Shown piece by piece: positions 1-7,918 of a stretch of DNA of 64,000 nucleotides (positions are counted from its first letter, which is position 1; the number at the start of each line of letters is the position of its first letter). The stretch spans positions 400-64,399 of the forward strand of contig SCUM01000001.1 of the NCBI GenBank assembly GCA_004297215.1. The letters run 5' to 3'. This DNA is from Patescibacteria group bacterium (lineage in GTDB: Bacteria > Patescibacteriota > Patescibacteriia > UBA9934 > GWF2-40-263). The notes under the pieces were generated by a model. It was not told the DNA's origin. It did no database searches and saw only the letters and a program-made list of their open reading frames with translations. Both the position numbers and the translations under genes were made by a program.

Positions 1-720
1 GCCGCGTGCGCTCCCAACAACCCGCCCTCGGGCGGAGCGGTCGACACCGACAACGATGGGTACTCCACGGTGGCGGACTGCAACGACAACGACCCGAACG
101 TCCACCCCCAGGCGGCCGACGTGTGCGCCGACGGCGTGGACGCGAATTGCGACGGGAGCGACGCGTGCGTCGCCAACCCGGGCAATCCGTCGTCTCCGCC
201 TTCGGCAAGTTATGCCTTGGAGGTGAAGCCTGGGGACGCGAGCGGGCACAAGAAGGAGTTGTGTGGCGTGCCGGTGTTCCACCGGGCGAGCCACCAGGGC
301 GCCCCGGCGTACTGGGTCCCGTTCAAGGGGCACTTCCCGGCCTCGGCCAACATCCAGATGGGAGCCTTGAACGAAAGCCTCAAGGTGTACATGCGGGCTG
401 CGGACGGGAAGTACTGTCTCGACCTTTCCAAGTTCGGGGCGGACGTGACCTTCGAAGGGGTGCTTGTGAGTTCGATCGAGCAGAATTCGGACAGCGCACC
501 CGCGCCCGTGCATATCACGGACCCGGGCGGCTGGGATTACTCCGAGAATTATGAGTTCTGCGGAGCGGGCCGTCCGATCTGCGAGATGGATAGTGACAAC
601 TCGTCCTACTTCCGGGAGAGGGTGAAGTACTCGGCAGCCACGGACACGGCCGTCGAGGACGGGAACGGGTGCGCGTCCGGCCAGGACTACAACCCATTCC
701 AGGACCTCTGCATCGGGTAG
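1..720 (+). CDS. 3' part of secreted Cys-rich protein with MopE-like putative metal-binding repeats; it shares a conserved ~150-aa C-terminal domain with the two downstream paralogs. The frame is open from nt 1, so the gene starts upstream of the window.
   Basis: The frame-1 translation is continuous from nt 1. It contains repeats of the form DCNDNDPNVHPQAADVCADGVDANCDG. The C-terminal block YCLDLSKFGADVTFEG...SDSAPAPVHITDPGGWDYSENYEFC aligns to the C-termini of 892..1716 and 1930..4533. Confidence 0.6.
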   Translation, partial: AACAPNNPPSGGAVDTDNDGYSTVADCNDNDPNVHPQAADVCADGVDANCDGSDACVANPGNPSSPPSASYALEVKPGDASGHKKELCGVPVFHRASHQGAPAYWVPFKGHFPASANIQMGALNESLKVYMRAADGKYCLDLSKFGADVTFEGVLVSSIEQNSDSAPAPVHITDPGGWDYSENYEFCGAGRPICEMDSDNSSYFRERVKYSAATDTAVEDGNGCASGQDYNPFQDLCIG

Positions 721-747
721 GCTCGAGAAGCGAGGCTACGGCGACAC

Positions 748-790
748 GCCCCGAGACATGCGATACGCGCATGGCTCGGGGCTCTTTTTA
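748..790 (+). terminator. Putative rho-independent terminator after paralog 1
   Basis: GC-rich stem ccccgag...ctcgggg followed by ctcttttta. Confidence 0.45.
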
Positions 791-828
791 TGCGCGTGTG
801 ACGGGCCTCTGGGGGTGGGTGTAAGGTG

Positions 829-857
829 TTGACAGAAGAGAATTTTCTTGATAGAAA
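829..857 (+). promoter_or_regulatory. Putative sigma70-like promoter (TTGACA-17-TAGAAA) for paralog 2
   Basis: TTGACA at 829-834, a 17-bp spacer, then TAGAAA. The same layout recurs upstream of paralog 3. Confidence 0.35.
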
Positions 858-891
858 ACTCCCTTCGCTCATTCTTACCAGAAAGGAACCG

Positions 892-1716
892 ATGAAACGC
901 CTATTCTGCGGTCTGTTCCTTGTCGCGTCCGCATACGCCGCCGGGTGCACCCCGCCGGTGTATGCATGCGGGTCCGACGCGGATTGTTCACCAGGAAATG
1001 CCTGTTCGGCCGGCTCGTGTATCGACGTCTCTCAACCGGACCCGGAGCTCGACGGGGGAATCCCTCCGCAGGATGCCGGCACCGATGCCGGGTTCGACGA
1101 TGCGGGGGAGGCTGATGCCGGTGAAACGGACGCCGGTCCTTTCGACGCCGGGGAAGACCCAGACGCCGGTGAGCCTGATGCCGGCGTCGATGCCGGGCCC
1201 GGAGAAGGCGAGGGGGAGGGCGAAGGAGAGCCCGTGTTCGGCCTGGAGAATGAAGATGCAGACCCGGACCCGGAGCTGATCTGCCTTGGCCCAGGCGGGT
1301 TCCATCGACCGTCCCACGAGACGGCTGACGCGTACCTCATCCCGACCAACGGTGCGCTCGGAGTGGGGGTGGCGATCGATGAGCGGTTCCGCATCCCCTA
1401 TCGGCCGGCGGAAAACCGCTGGTGCTTCTCCTGGGCCTCGTTCCTTGTCGACGTCTGCTTCGAAGGATTCGTCGTGAGCGCGCTCGAGCGGAGCTCGGAC
1501 ACCGAACCTGCTCCGCTGAACATGTCGGATCCTGGCAGCTATGACTACTATGAGTTGTTCCCGACCTGCTCGGTAGGGACAACCCTGTGCGATCGCGACC
1601 AGGACAACGTGGACCAGTATCTCATTGATGGATGCTGGCGTGCGGCAGAGGCCAACTTTGAGCCCACCGGGGACGGATGCACGCCAGCCGATCCCGCGGC
1701 ATCCTGTCCTGACTGA
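892..1716 (+). CDS. Secreted lipoprotein with acidic Gly-Glu/Asp-Ala-Gly repeats and the conserved C-terminal domain (paralog 2)
   Basis: Start ATG at 892 with GAAAGGAA 4 nt upstream. Lipoprotein signal MKRLFCGLFLVASAYAAGC. GEGEGEGE tract. C-terminal WCFSWASFLVDVCFEGF...SDTEPAPLNMSDPGSYDYYELFPTC is homologous to the paralogs. Confidence 0.65.
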   Translation: MKRLFCGLFLVASAYAAGCTPPVYACGSDADCSPGNACSAGSCIDVSQPDPELDGGIPPQDAGTDAGFDDAGEADAGETDAGPFDAGEDPDAGEPDAGVDAGPGEGEGEGEGEPVFGLENEDADPDPELICLGPGGFHRPSHETADAYLIPTNGALGVGVAIDERFRIPYRPAENRWCFSWASFLVDVCFEGFVVSALERSSDTEPAPLNMSDPGSYDYYELFPTCSVGTTLCDRDQDNVDQYLIDGCWRAAEANFEPTGDGCTPADPAASCPD

Positions 1717-1721
1717 ATGTC

Positions 1722-1760
1722 TGCCCCCCGAAGCTCATCAGAGCAAAGGGGGGTCTTTTT
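1722..1760 (+). terminator. Weak putative terminator (cccccc...gggggg stem, then tcttttt)
   Basis: 6-bp G/C stem with a long loop, followed by a T-run directly after the 1716 stop. Confidence 0.3.
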
Positions 1761-1761
1761 C

Positions 1762-1790
1762 TTGACAAAATGGAAAAAGCATGATACAAA
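1762..1790 (+). promoter_or_regulatory. Putative sigma70-like promoter (TTGACA-17-TACAAA) for paralog 3
   Basis: TTGACA at 1762-1767, a 17-bp spacer, then TACAAA at 1785-1790. Confidence 0.4.
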
Positions 1791-1820
1791 AAGTAGTCAT
1801 TTTTTGGCTAATGTTCGCTA

Positions 1821-1855
1821 CTTGACCCAGCCTTTTCTTGAAGGGCTGGGTCAAG
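1821..1855 (+). promoter_or_regulatory. Perfect 12-bp inverted repeat (CTTGACCCAGCC / GGCTGGGTCAAG, 11-nt loop) in the 5' leader of paralog 3
   Basis: Exact reverse complement with no T-run after it. A second 6-bp hairpin lies at about 1876-1899. Confidence 0.55.
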
Positions 1856-1929
1856 TCACGACCTTCACAACAGCCCTGCCGCACGTGACTTGTGATGCGG
1901 CATTGGCGACAAACGCGGAGTAGAGACCG

Positions 1930-4533
1930 ATGAAAAGCTCCCTGATGACTCTGATCGGGCTTTTGTTCCTGTTCGTCGCCGGTTGCGGCGGCTGCGGGAA
2001 CGATCCCCCCGCCGAAGGCGAAGGGGAGGGGGAAGGAGAGGGAGAATGCGGACCTGGTGTGTTTTGCCCCGACGGCTTCGGCTGTCGTGACCACGACGAC
2101 GGCATCGGCCCTCATTGCGAGCCGGTCGTCGGCGAGGGAGAAGGTGAAGGTGAAGGAGAGGGGGAAGGTGAAGGAGAAGGTGAAGGAGAAGGCGAGGGAG
2201 AGGGAGAGCCCCCCTGCGAGCGCAAGATCCTGTTTCCCGACACGGACGACGACGGCTTCGGCGACACGGATGCGTCGGCCGCGGATCTCGTCCTCGACTG
2301 CGAACGGGACGGGTATGCGGACAACGACCGCGACTGCGACGATGACGATCCTGACATCAACCCGGGCGCGCAAGAGGTCTGCGACGCTCTCGACGTTGAC
2401 GAGGACTGCGACGGCATCGGCGACGAGCCGACGGCCGAAGGCACGTCCACGTGGCATCGAAATGCCGACGGCGACCCGTACGGCGATGCGAATGACGTGG
2501 GCGTGAATGCCTGCGATCCGTTGCCGGACAGGTCGACGCTCGACGCGACGGATTGTGACGACGGCAACGTCCTCATCCATCCGGGCGCGCCGGAGCTCTG
2601 CGCCACCGTGGACGTCGATGACGACTGCGATGGCGAGAAAGACGAACCCGGCGCCCCCGACGTGACCACGTGGTTCCCGGACGGTGACGGTGATGCCTAC
2701 GGCGATGATGACGCCCCGGTTTCGGAGCTCGTCGTCGCCTGTCAACGACCGGCCGGTTTCGTGGCCATTCGCGGCGACTGCGACGATGGCGACCGGTTCA
2801 CCCATCCGGAAGCCGCCGAGACCTGCGACCACGTCGACAACGACTGCGACGGCGACGTCGACGAAGGGGTCACCGCGACCCTGTTCGAAGACGCCGACGG
2901 CGACGGCAACGGCAACCCGCTCGCGCCGGTGGAGGCGTGCTGGCCCGGCGGTCCTGGGTTGTCGCGAGACGAACTCGACTGCGACGATACGGATCCGAAT
3001 CTCGACGAGCGCGACCGGGACGGCGACCACGACAGCACCTGTTCGGGCGACTGCGACGACCGGGATCGACTGCGACAATCGCTCGACATGGACCGGGACG
3101 GCGACAGCACCTGCGAAGGGGACTGCGACGACCAAAATCCGCGTCGCGCGCCGGGCAAGCCGGAAATCTGCGAACTCGTGAACGGCGCGGCGTTTGACGA
3201 CGACTGCGACGGGAAGGCCGACGATCTCGACACGGACGGCACGGTACTCGGCCGCACGGTGTTCCTGCGCGACCTCGACCGCGACGGGTATGGCGACAGC
3301 GCCGACGCCCTGCTGCGGTGCGTGAGGCCGGACGGGTATGTGGTCCCGCAGGTCGTGAACGATTGCCGCCCGCTCAACGAGGAGATCCATCCCGGCGCCC
3401 AGGACATCTGCGGCAACGGGAAGGACGAGGATTGCAGCGGCACGGACGCGATCTGTCCGGTCCCGGATGCTGGCCCTGCGGAAGGCGAAGGGGAGGGGGA
3501 AGGCGATGCCGGAACCCCGACGCCTTGCGGCGGAAACTGTGGCCCTGGGACGACGTGCAACGAGGTCACGGGCTTGTGCGAGGTCGCTCCGATTCCGCCC
3601 CCGTGCGACGGGCGTTGCGGACCCGGAACGACCTGCGACGAGGCGACCGACCTGTGCATGCCCGATCCGATCCCTCCGGACGCCGGTTCTCCTGATGCCG
3701 GTCCTGCCGACGCGGGATTCCCCGACGCCGGACCCGCCGAGGGCGAGGGTGAAGGAGAGGGAGAAGGCGAAGGCGATGCCGGTACCGCGCTCCCGTGCGA
3801 CGGGCGTTGCGGGCTCGGGACGACCTGTGACGAGACGACGGATCTGTGCATGCCGAACCCCGTCGACGCCGGACCCGCCGAGGGCGAGGGCGAAGGGGAA
3901 GGTGATGCCGGGACTCCGTCGCCCTGTGGCGGGAACTGCGGACCCGGGACGACCTGCAACGAGTCGACCGACCTGTGCGAGCCCGACGCTTCTCCCGATG
4001 CCGGACCCGGAAGCGGGGAAGGCGAGGGAGAGGGAGAGGGTGAAGGCGAAGGTGAGGGCGATGGCGGGGTGACGGTCGGAATCGAAGCGGACGTGAATGG
4101 ACACCAAAACCTGGTGTGCGCCACGCTCGTCTTCAACCTCGCCTGCCATGACGGCGAGGATGCGTTCATCCTCGCCGAACTCGTGAGCGGAGTCCCCGGA
4201 GCTTTGCCGAACGTGTTGAGTGAAAACCTGCGCGTGTCGCCGCGGCTCTCCGACGGGGCGTACTGCTACGACCCGTCCAGGTTCGGCGGGGACGTGCGGA
4301 TCAGGGACGCCTTGTACGTGAGCGCTTTCGAGCGCGACTCGTGCACGGCACCTGCTCCGGCGGACCTGGCGACGACGCAAGATGCGAGCTACGATTACGT
4401 CGACATGCGCTCAGCGTGCGTGGAAGGCGACCCGCTGTTCGGGACCGCAGACACCGGGATCACGTTCGTGTCGTTCCGCTACTTCGCGAGCACGGATACC
4501 ACGGTGGGCACGAACGACGGCACCTGTCAGTGA
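1930..4533 (+). CDS. Large secreted Cys-rich lipoprotein (paralog 3). It has (GE)n tracts, at least 8 MopE-like repeats and 5 CGGNCGPGTTCxExTxLC repeats, plus the conserved C-terminal domain.
   Basis: Lipobox LLFLFVAGCGGC. Repeats of the form DCDDxDPxINPGAxExCDxxDxDEDCDG. Hexanucleotide (GARGGN)n tracts at 2020-2060, 2130-2215, 3480-3510, 3750-3775, 3880-3905 and 4015-4070. C-terminal YCYDPSRFGGDVRIRD...CTAPAPADLATTQDASYDYVDMRSAC matches the paralogs. Confidence 0.7.
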   Translation: MKSSLMTLIGLLFLFVAGCGGCGNDPPAEGEGEGEGEGECGPGVFCPDGFGCRDHDDGIGPHCEPVVGEGEGEGEGEGEGEGEGEGEGEGEGEPPCERKILFPDTDDDGFGDTDASAADLVLDCERDGYADNDRDCDDDDPDINPGAQEVCDALDVDEDCDGIGDEPTAEGTSTWHRNADGDPYGDANDVGVNACDPLPDRSTLDATDCDDGNVLIHPGAPELCATVDVDDDCDGEKDEPGAPDVTTWFPDGDGDAYGDDDAPVSELVVACQRPAGFVAIRGDCDDGDRFTHPEAAETCDHVDNDCDGDVDEGVTATLFEDADGDGNGNPLAPVEACWPGGPGLSRDELDCDDTDPNLDERDRDGDHDSTCSGDCDDRDRLRQSLDMDRDGDSTCEGDCDDQNPRRAPGKPEICELVNGAAFDDDCDGKADDLDTDGTVLGRTVFLRDLDRDGYGDSADALLRCVRPDGYVVPQVVNDCRPLNEEIHPGAQDICGNGKDEDCSGTDAICPVPDAGPAEGEGEGEGDAGTPTPCGGNCGPGTTCNEVTGLCEVAPIPPPCDGRCGPGTTCDEATDLCMPDPIPPDAGSPDAGPADAGFPDAGPAEGEGEGEGEGEGDAGTALPCDGRCGLGTTCDETTDLCMPNPVDAGPAEGEGEGEGDAGTPSPCGGNCGPGTTCNESTDLCEPDASPDAGPGSGEGEGEGEGEGEGEGDGGVTVGIEADVNGHQNLVCATLVFNLACHDGEDAFILAELVSGVPGALPNVLSENLRVSPRLSDGAYCYDPSRFGGDVRIRDALYVSAFERDSCTAPAPADLATTQDASYDYVDMRSACVEGDPLFGTADTGITFVSFRYFASTDTTVGTNDGTCQ

Positions 4534-4564
4534 CCACGCCTGCTGCGCGATGAGGAGGCCTAGC

Positions 4565-4600
4565 TCCGGACCAACGATGGTCCGGGGCTCTTTTTTTTGG
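4565..4600 (+). terminator. Rho-independent terminator (ccggacc-aacgat-ggtccgg followed by T8)
   Basis: Perfect 7-bp stem followed by tcttttttttgg. Confidence 0.6.
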
Positions 4601-4612
4601 TAAAATGCACGC

Positions 4613-6145
4613 ATGCGCATTGATTTGCGGGCGGCGTACCGCCTGTCGGAGGAGCATGGAAGGCGTTTGGTGGCCGGGCTGTTCATCGCGCTGGCGTTGC
4701 TTGCGGCCGCGCAGGCCGTGTTTTCGCCTCTCGTCGTCCTGTCGGCCATCCTCTCGGCCGTGTTCGTGGTGATGACGTTCCTGCGCCCGCTGTGGACCGT
4801 GGCGTTCCTGGCGGTGTATCTCCCGTTTGAGCCGTTCCTGCTCAAGTTCATGCCCGAAGAGATCTACCTGTTCGCGCGGTTCTTTTCGGAAGGGCTCATC
4901 TACCTGCTGTGCGCCGTGGTCGCCTGGCGGTCGGTCACCGGGCAGGGGAAGCTGGAACAGACCCCGGCGGGGCTGCCGTTCATGCTGTTCCTGCTGGTGC
5001 TTGCGGCCTCCGTGGCAATCAACGCAGTGGACCCCACCGTGGCTGCGCTGGGCATCCGCCAGATCATCCGGTTCGTGCTGGTGTTCTTCGTCGTCGTGTT
5101 CCTGCGGCCTCCCAAAGGGTTCGCGCTGCGGCTCACGTACGTGATGCTGGGCGTCGTCTTCCTGCAATCCGTGATCGCGCTCACGCAGTCCTTCATCGGC
5201 GAGCCTTTCGACGCGCTCTTGTTGTCGTCCGACGCCCGGACGTTCGGGGACATCACACTCACCGCGGGCGTGGAGCAGTTCTGGGACCCGGGTTCGCGCG
5301 TGTTCGCCACGCTCGGCCGGTACGACCGGCTGGGGAATTTCCTGGCGTTCTTCCTGCCGTTCGGGGTCGCCATGCTCTATGAGCCGGCCTGGCGCAAGGA
5401 GCGCGGCGACCTGTCCTGGCTGTTCGCGCTCGCGCTTCCGGCCCTGGCGCTCACCTATTCCCGCGCCTCCTGGTTCGCCTTCCTGCTCGCGTTCCTGTTC
5501 ATCGCCCTCGTGCTCAGGCGCGACAAGCGCGTGGCGGCGGCGTTCGCGTCCGTGGCGATCGTCGCCGGCCTCTACGTGTTCGCGAGCGGGTTGAACGTGC
5601 GGTTCATCACCGAGGCGCCCGGACAGACGCTAGTGGAACGCTTCTACGAGACGTTCAGCTATGCAAGGTGGCGCGGGGAATACTACGGGCTCGGGCGCGT
5701 GTTCTGGCTCGTGCAGACCCCGCTCACCGTGGTTCCCGCCTCGCCGCTGTTCGGGTTCGGGCCAGGGCAGTACGGCGGGGGAGCCGTGGCCGCGCTGCAT
5801 AACACCGCCGCCTACGACGCGCTCGGCCTGCCGTTCGGCGTGTTCGGGACCGAAGGGGCCATCGACAACAACTGGTTCTCGATGTGGGGCGAGACCGGCA
5901 CCGTCGGCATCGCCCTGTTCTTGTGGATGTACGTCGGCCTGTTCGCCTACGCCGTGCGCATGGCGCGAGCGCATGCGGATCCGCAGGTGCGCGCGCTCGC
6001 GGCAGGCTATGCCGCGGCGCTCGTCGGTTTCGCGCTCATCGGGCTGTTGTCTACCGCGTTCGAGATCCGCACGAACGGATACTATTTTTGGCTGTTCGGC
6101 GGGTTGTTGGTGGCTTTAAATAGGCGTGAAGGCCTTAGGCGATAA
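4613..6145 (+). CDS. Polytopic membrane protein, O-antigen ligase/polymerase (Wzy_C)-like
   Basis: At least 10 predicted TM helices and a periplasmic loop with Wzy_C-like features. It sits at the head of a glycosyltransferase cluster. TAAAAT lies only 6 nt upstream of the ATG, so the transcript may be leaderless. The last codons and the stop are encoded by the GGCCT repeat. Confidence 0.5.
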   Translation: MRIDLRAAYRLSEEHGRRLVAGLFIALALLAAAQAVFSPLVVLSAILSAVFVVMTFLRPLWTVAFLAVYLPFEPFLLKFMPEEIYLFARFFSEGLIYLLCAVVAWRSVTGQGKLEQTPAGLPFMLFLLVLAASVAINAVDPTVAALGIRQIIRFVLVFFVVVFLRPPKGFALRLTYVMLGVVFLQSVIALTQSFIGEPFDALLLSSDARTFGDITLTAGVEQFWDPGSRVFATLGRYDRLGNFLAFFLPFGVAMLYEPAWRKERGDLSWLFALALPALALTYSRASWFAFLLAFLFIALVLRRDKRVAAAFASVAIVAGLYVFASGLNVRFITEAPGQTLVERFYETFSYARWRGEYYGLGRVFWLVQTPLTVVPASPLFGFGPGQYGGGAVAALHNTAAYDALGLPFGVFGTEGAIDNNWFSMWGETGTVGIALFLWMYVGLFAYAVRMARAHADPQVRALAAGYAAALVGFALIGLLSTAFEIRTNGYYFWLFGGLLVALNRREGLRR

Positions 6146-6153
6146 GGCCTTAG
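6121..6153 (+). repeat. Left terminal inverted repeat (aggcgtgaaggccttaggcgataaggccttagg) flanking the four-helix-bundle cassette; member of the GGCCT repeat family
   Basis: The right copy at 6520-6566 is its reverse complement with 1 mismatch over 33 bp. The stop codon of the upstream gene lies inside the repeat. Confidence 0.7.
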
Positions 6154-6159
6154 GATGGT

Positions 6160-6522
6160 ATGGTGAAGACATTCCAAGACTTGATCGTCTGGCAGAAAGC
6201 GATGGTAGTGACTGAAAGGATTTATGCAATTACGAAATCGTTCCCGAAAGATGAGATGTTCGGTCTCACGTCCCAAATGCGCAGAAGCGCGGTTTCCGTC
6301 CCTTCTAATATTGCCGAAGGTAAATTACGGGGTACTCCTGCTGAGTTCAGACGTTTTCTATCCATTGCGTTCGGTTCTTGCGGAGAGCTTCAAACGCAGC
6401 TGTTGTTAGCGGTCCGCATCGGTTATCTTTCTCAATCGCAAGCGCAGGACATACTGAATCACCTCAATGAGGTGCTTCTCATGACCAACGAACTAATCCT
6501 ACGGAATTCACCCCATTCCTGA
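6160..6522 (+). CDS. Four-helix-bundle protein (TIGR02436, 23S rRNA intervening-sequence / S23-ribosomal type)
   Basis: Signature FQDLIVWQKA...LTSQMRRSAVSVPSNIAEG...CGELQTQLLLA. The gene GC is about 45% against about 65% for its surroundings. Confidence 0.8.
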   Translation: MVKTFQDLIVWQKAMVVTERIYAITKSFPKDEMFGLTSQMRRSAVSVPSNIAEGKLRGTPAEFRRFLSIAFGSCGELQTQLLLAVRIGYLSQSQAQDILNHLNEVLLMTNELILRNSPHS

Positions 6523-6566
6523 GGCCTTATCGCCTAAGGCCTTCACGCCTACGGCCTTATCGCCTT
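6520..6566 (+). repeat. Right terminal inverted repeat of the four-helix-bundle cassette, plus an extra acggccttatcgcc unit
   Basis: Reverse complement of 6121-6153. It ends exactly at the ATG of the next gene (6567). Confidence 0.7.
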
Positions 6567-7781
6567 ATGACAGTCCTCCAGGTCAACAAATTCTGGTTCG
6601 CGCGCGGCGGGGCCGAACGATACGCCCTCGATCTTTCCGACTGGTTGTCCGCGCAAGGCCACGCGGTCGTGCCGTTTGCCATGGCGCATCCGGACAACAT
6701 CCCGACGCCCTATGACGGGTTATTCCCTCCGTTTCGCGACACCGAGCATGTCCGCTTCGGCGCGTCCGGCCTGCGCACCTTCCTTAGCATGGGCTGGAAT
6801 CGGGCCGCGCGTCGGGGGATGAAGACGCTGATACGGCAAACGCGGCCGCACGTCGCCCATGTCCACAACATTTACACCCAGCTTTCGCCATCCGTGCTCG
6901 ATGCGCTTTCCAAAGAAAAGGTCCCGTGCGTGTATACGGTCCATGACCATCACCTGGTTTCCCCGTCATACAACCTCTGGGCGGACGGATGCGGACCGAG
7001 CATCGAAGGGAAAGGTGTCGTCGCGGCAACGATGAGCCGATTCCATAAGAAGTCATACGTCGCGTCGTTCGCGCAGGCATTCACCTTTGCCGCACACCGT
7101 CGATCCAAGGCGTATCAGGTCGGCATAGACGCCTATCTTTGTCCGAGCGAATACATGGCCCGTCGCCTCGTTGCGGCCGGGTTCCCGGAGGAAAAGATCC
7201 GCCATCTTCCTCACGGGATCGATCCTGATGCCGTGGCACCGCGGTTCGACCATGACGGATACGTGCTGTTCGTCGGCCGCCTGGTCCCGGAAAAAGGGGT
7301 CGAGACGGTGCTGCGGGTGGCAAGAGTGCTGCCGGAGGTGCGATTCCGCATCGTTGGGACCGGTCCGGACGAGACGCGGCTGCACGTGCTCGCCCATGGC
7401 CTGACGAACGTGGAATTCCTTGGATCCCGATTCGGGGTCGATCTCGACGAACTCTATCGCGGCGCAGCGGCCGTGCTCATTCCTTCGCGCGTGCACGAAG
7501 TGTTCCCGCTCGTCGCCCTCGAGGCGATGCGCGCGGGAAAGCCGGTGGCGGCGAGCCATGTCGGCGGCATGTCCGAAGTGGTGACGGACCGGGTGACCGG
7601 CTTCCTCGTGAACCCGCTCGACATGCACGGATGGGCCGAGGCCGTGCTGCGGATGGTATACGACGACGCGGCCCGCCGCTCGATGGGCCGTGAAGGGCGG
7701 CGCCAGGCGGAAACGACCTTCCATGTCCGGAGGCATAGGGAGAAATTGATGGGGATATACAGGGAGATAGGAAAAACTTGA
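6567..7781 (+). CDS. Glycosyltransferase family 4
   Basis: GT-B fold. C-terminal EVFPLVALEAMRAGKPVAASHVGGMSEVV (E-x7-E motif). Confidence 0.8.
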   Translation: MTVLQVNKFWFARGGAERYALDLSDWLSAQGHAVVPFAMAHPDNIPTPYDGLFPPFRDTEHVRFGASGLRTFLSMGWNRAARRGMKTLIRQTRPHVAHVHNIYTQLSPSVLDALSKEKVPCVYTVHDHHLVSPSYNLWADGCGPSIEGKGVVAATMSRFHKKSYVASFAQAFTFAAHRRSKAYQVGIDAYLCPSEYMARRLVAAGFPEEKIRHLPHGIDPDAVAPRFDHDGYVLFVGRLVPEKGVETVLRVARVLPEVRFRIVGTGPDETRLHVLAHGLTNVEFLGSRFGVDLDELYRGAAAVLIPSRVHEVFPLVALEAMRAGKPVAASHVGGMSEVVTDRVTGFLVNPLDMHGWAEAVLRMVYDDAARRSMGREGRRQAETTFHVRRHREKLMGIYREIGKT

Positions 7782-7915
7782 AACGTGAAAACTTGAAATC
7801 TTGAAAGGGAGAGGAAAAGGCTGGAAGAATGAAAAAGCGAAACGTTTCAAACCGTTTCGCTTTTTCGTCCTTTCACGTGTCCGTTGGTCCTTCAAGTTTT
7901 CACGTTTCAAGTTTT
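7774..7915. terminator. Bidirectional terminator inside a 25-bp perfect palindromic element (AAAACTTGAAACGTGAAAACTTGAA family)
   Basis: Outer arms at 7774-7798 and 7891-7915 are exact reverse complements. The inner hairpin gaaaaagcgaaacg-tttcaaac-cgtttcgctttttc is flanked by an A-run and a T-run. It lies between convergent GT4 genes. Confidence 0.6.
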
Positions 7916-7918
7916 CGT

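Noticed and set aside
6-554. 182-aa Arg/Gly-rich ORF at the window start
   Set aside because: It is an alternative frame of the MopE-like protein gene. The frame-1 translation shows conserved Cys-rich repeats and paralog homology.
1738-4380. 880-aa ORF on the minus strand antisense to the Cys-rich lipoprotein gene
   Set aside because: Artefact of high GC and the GE/Cys-repeat coding strand. Ala/Arg/Val-rich low-complexity translation with no motifs. The sense-strand gene has a lipoprotein signal, repeats and paralogs.
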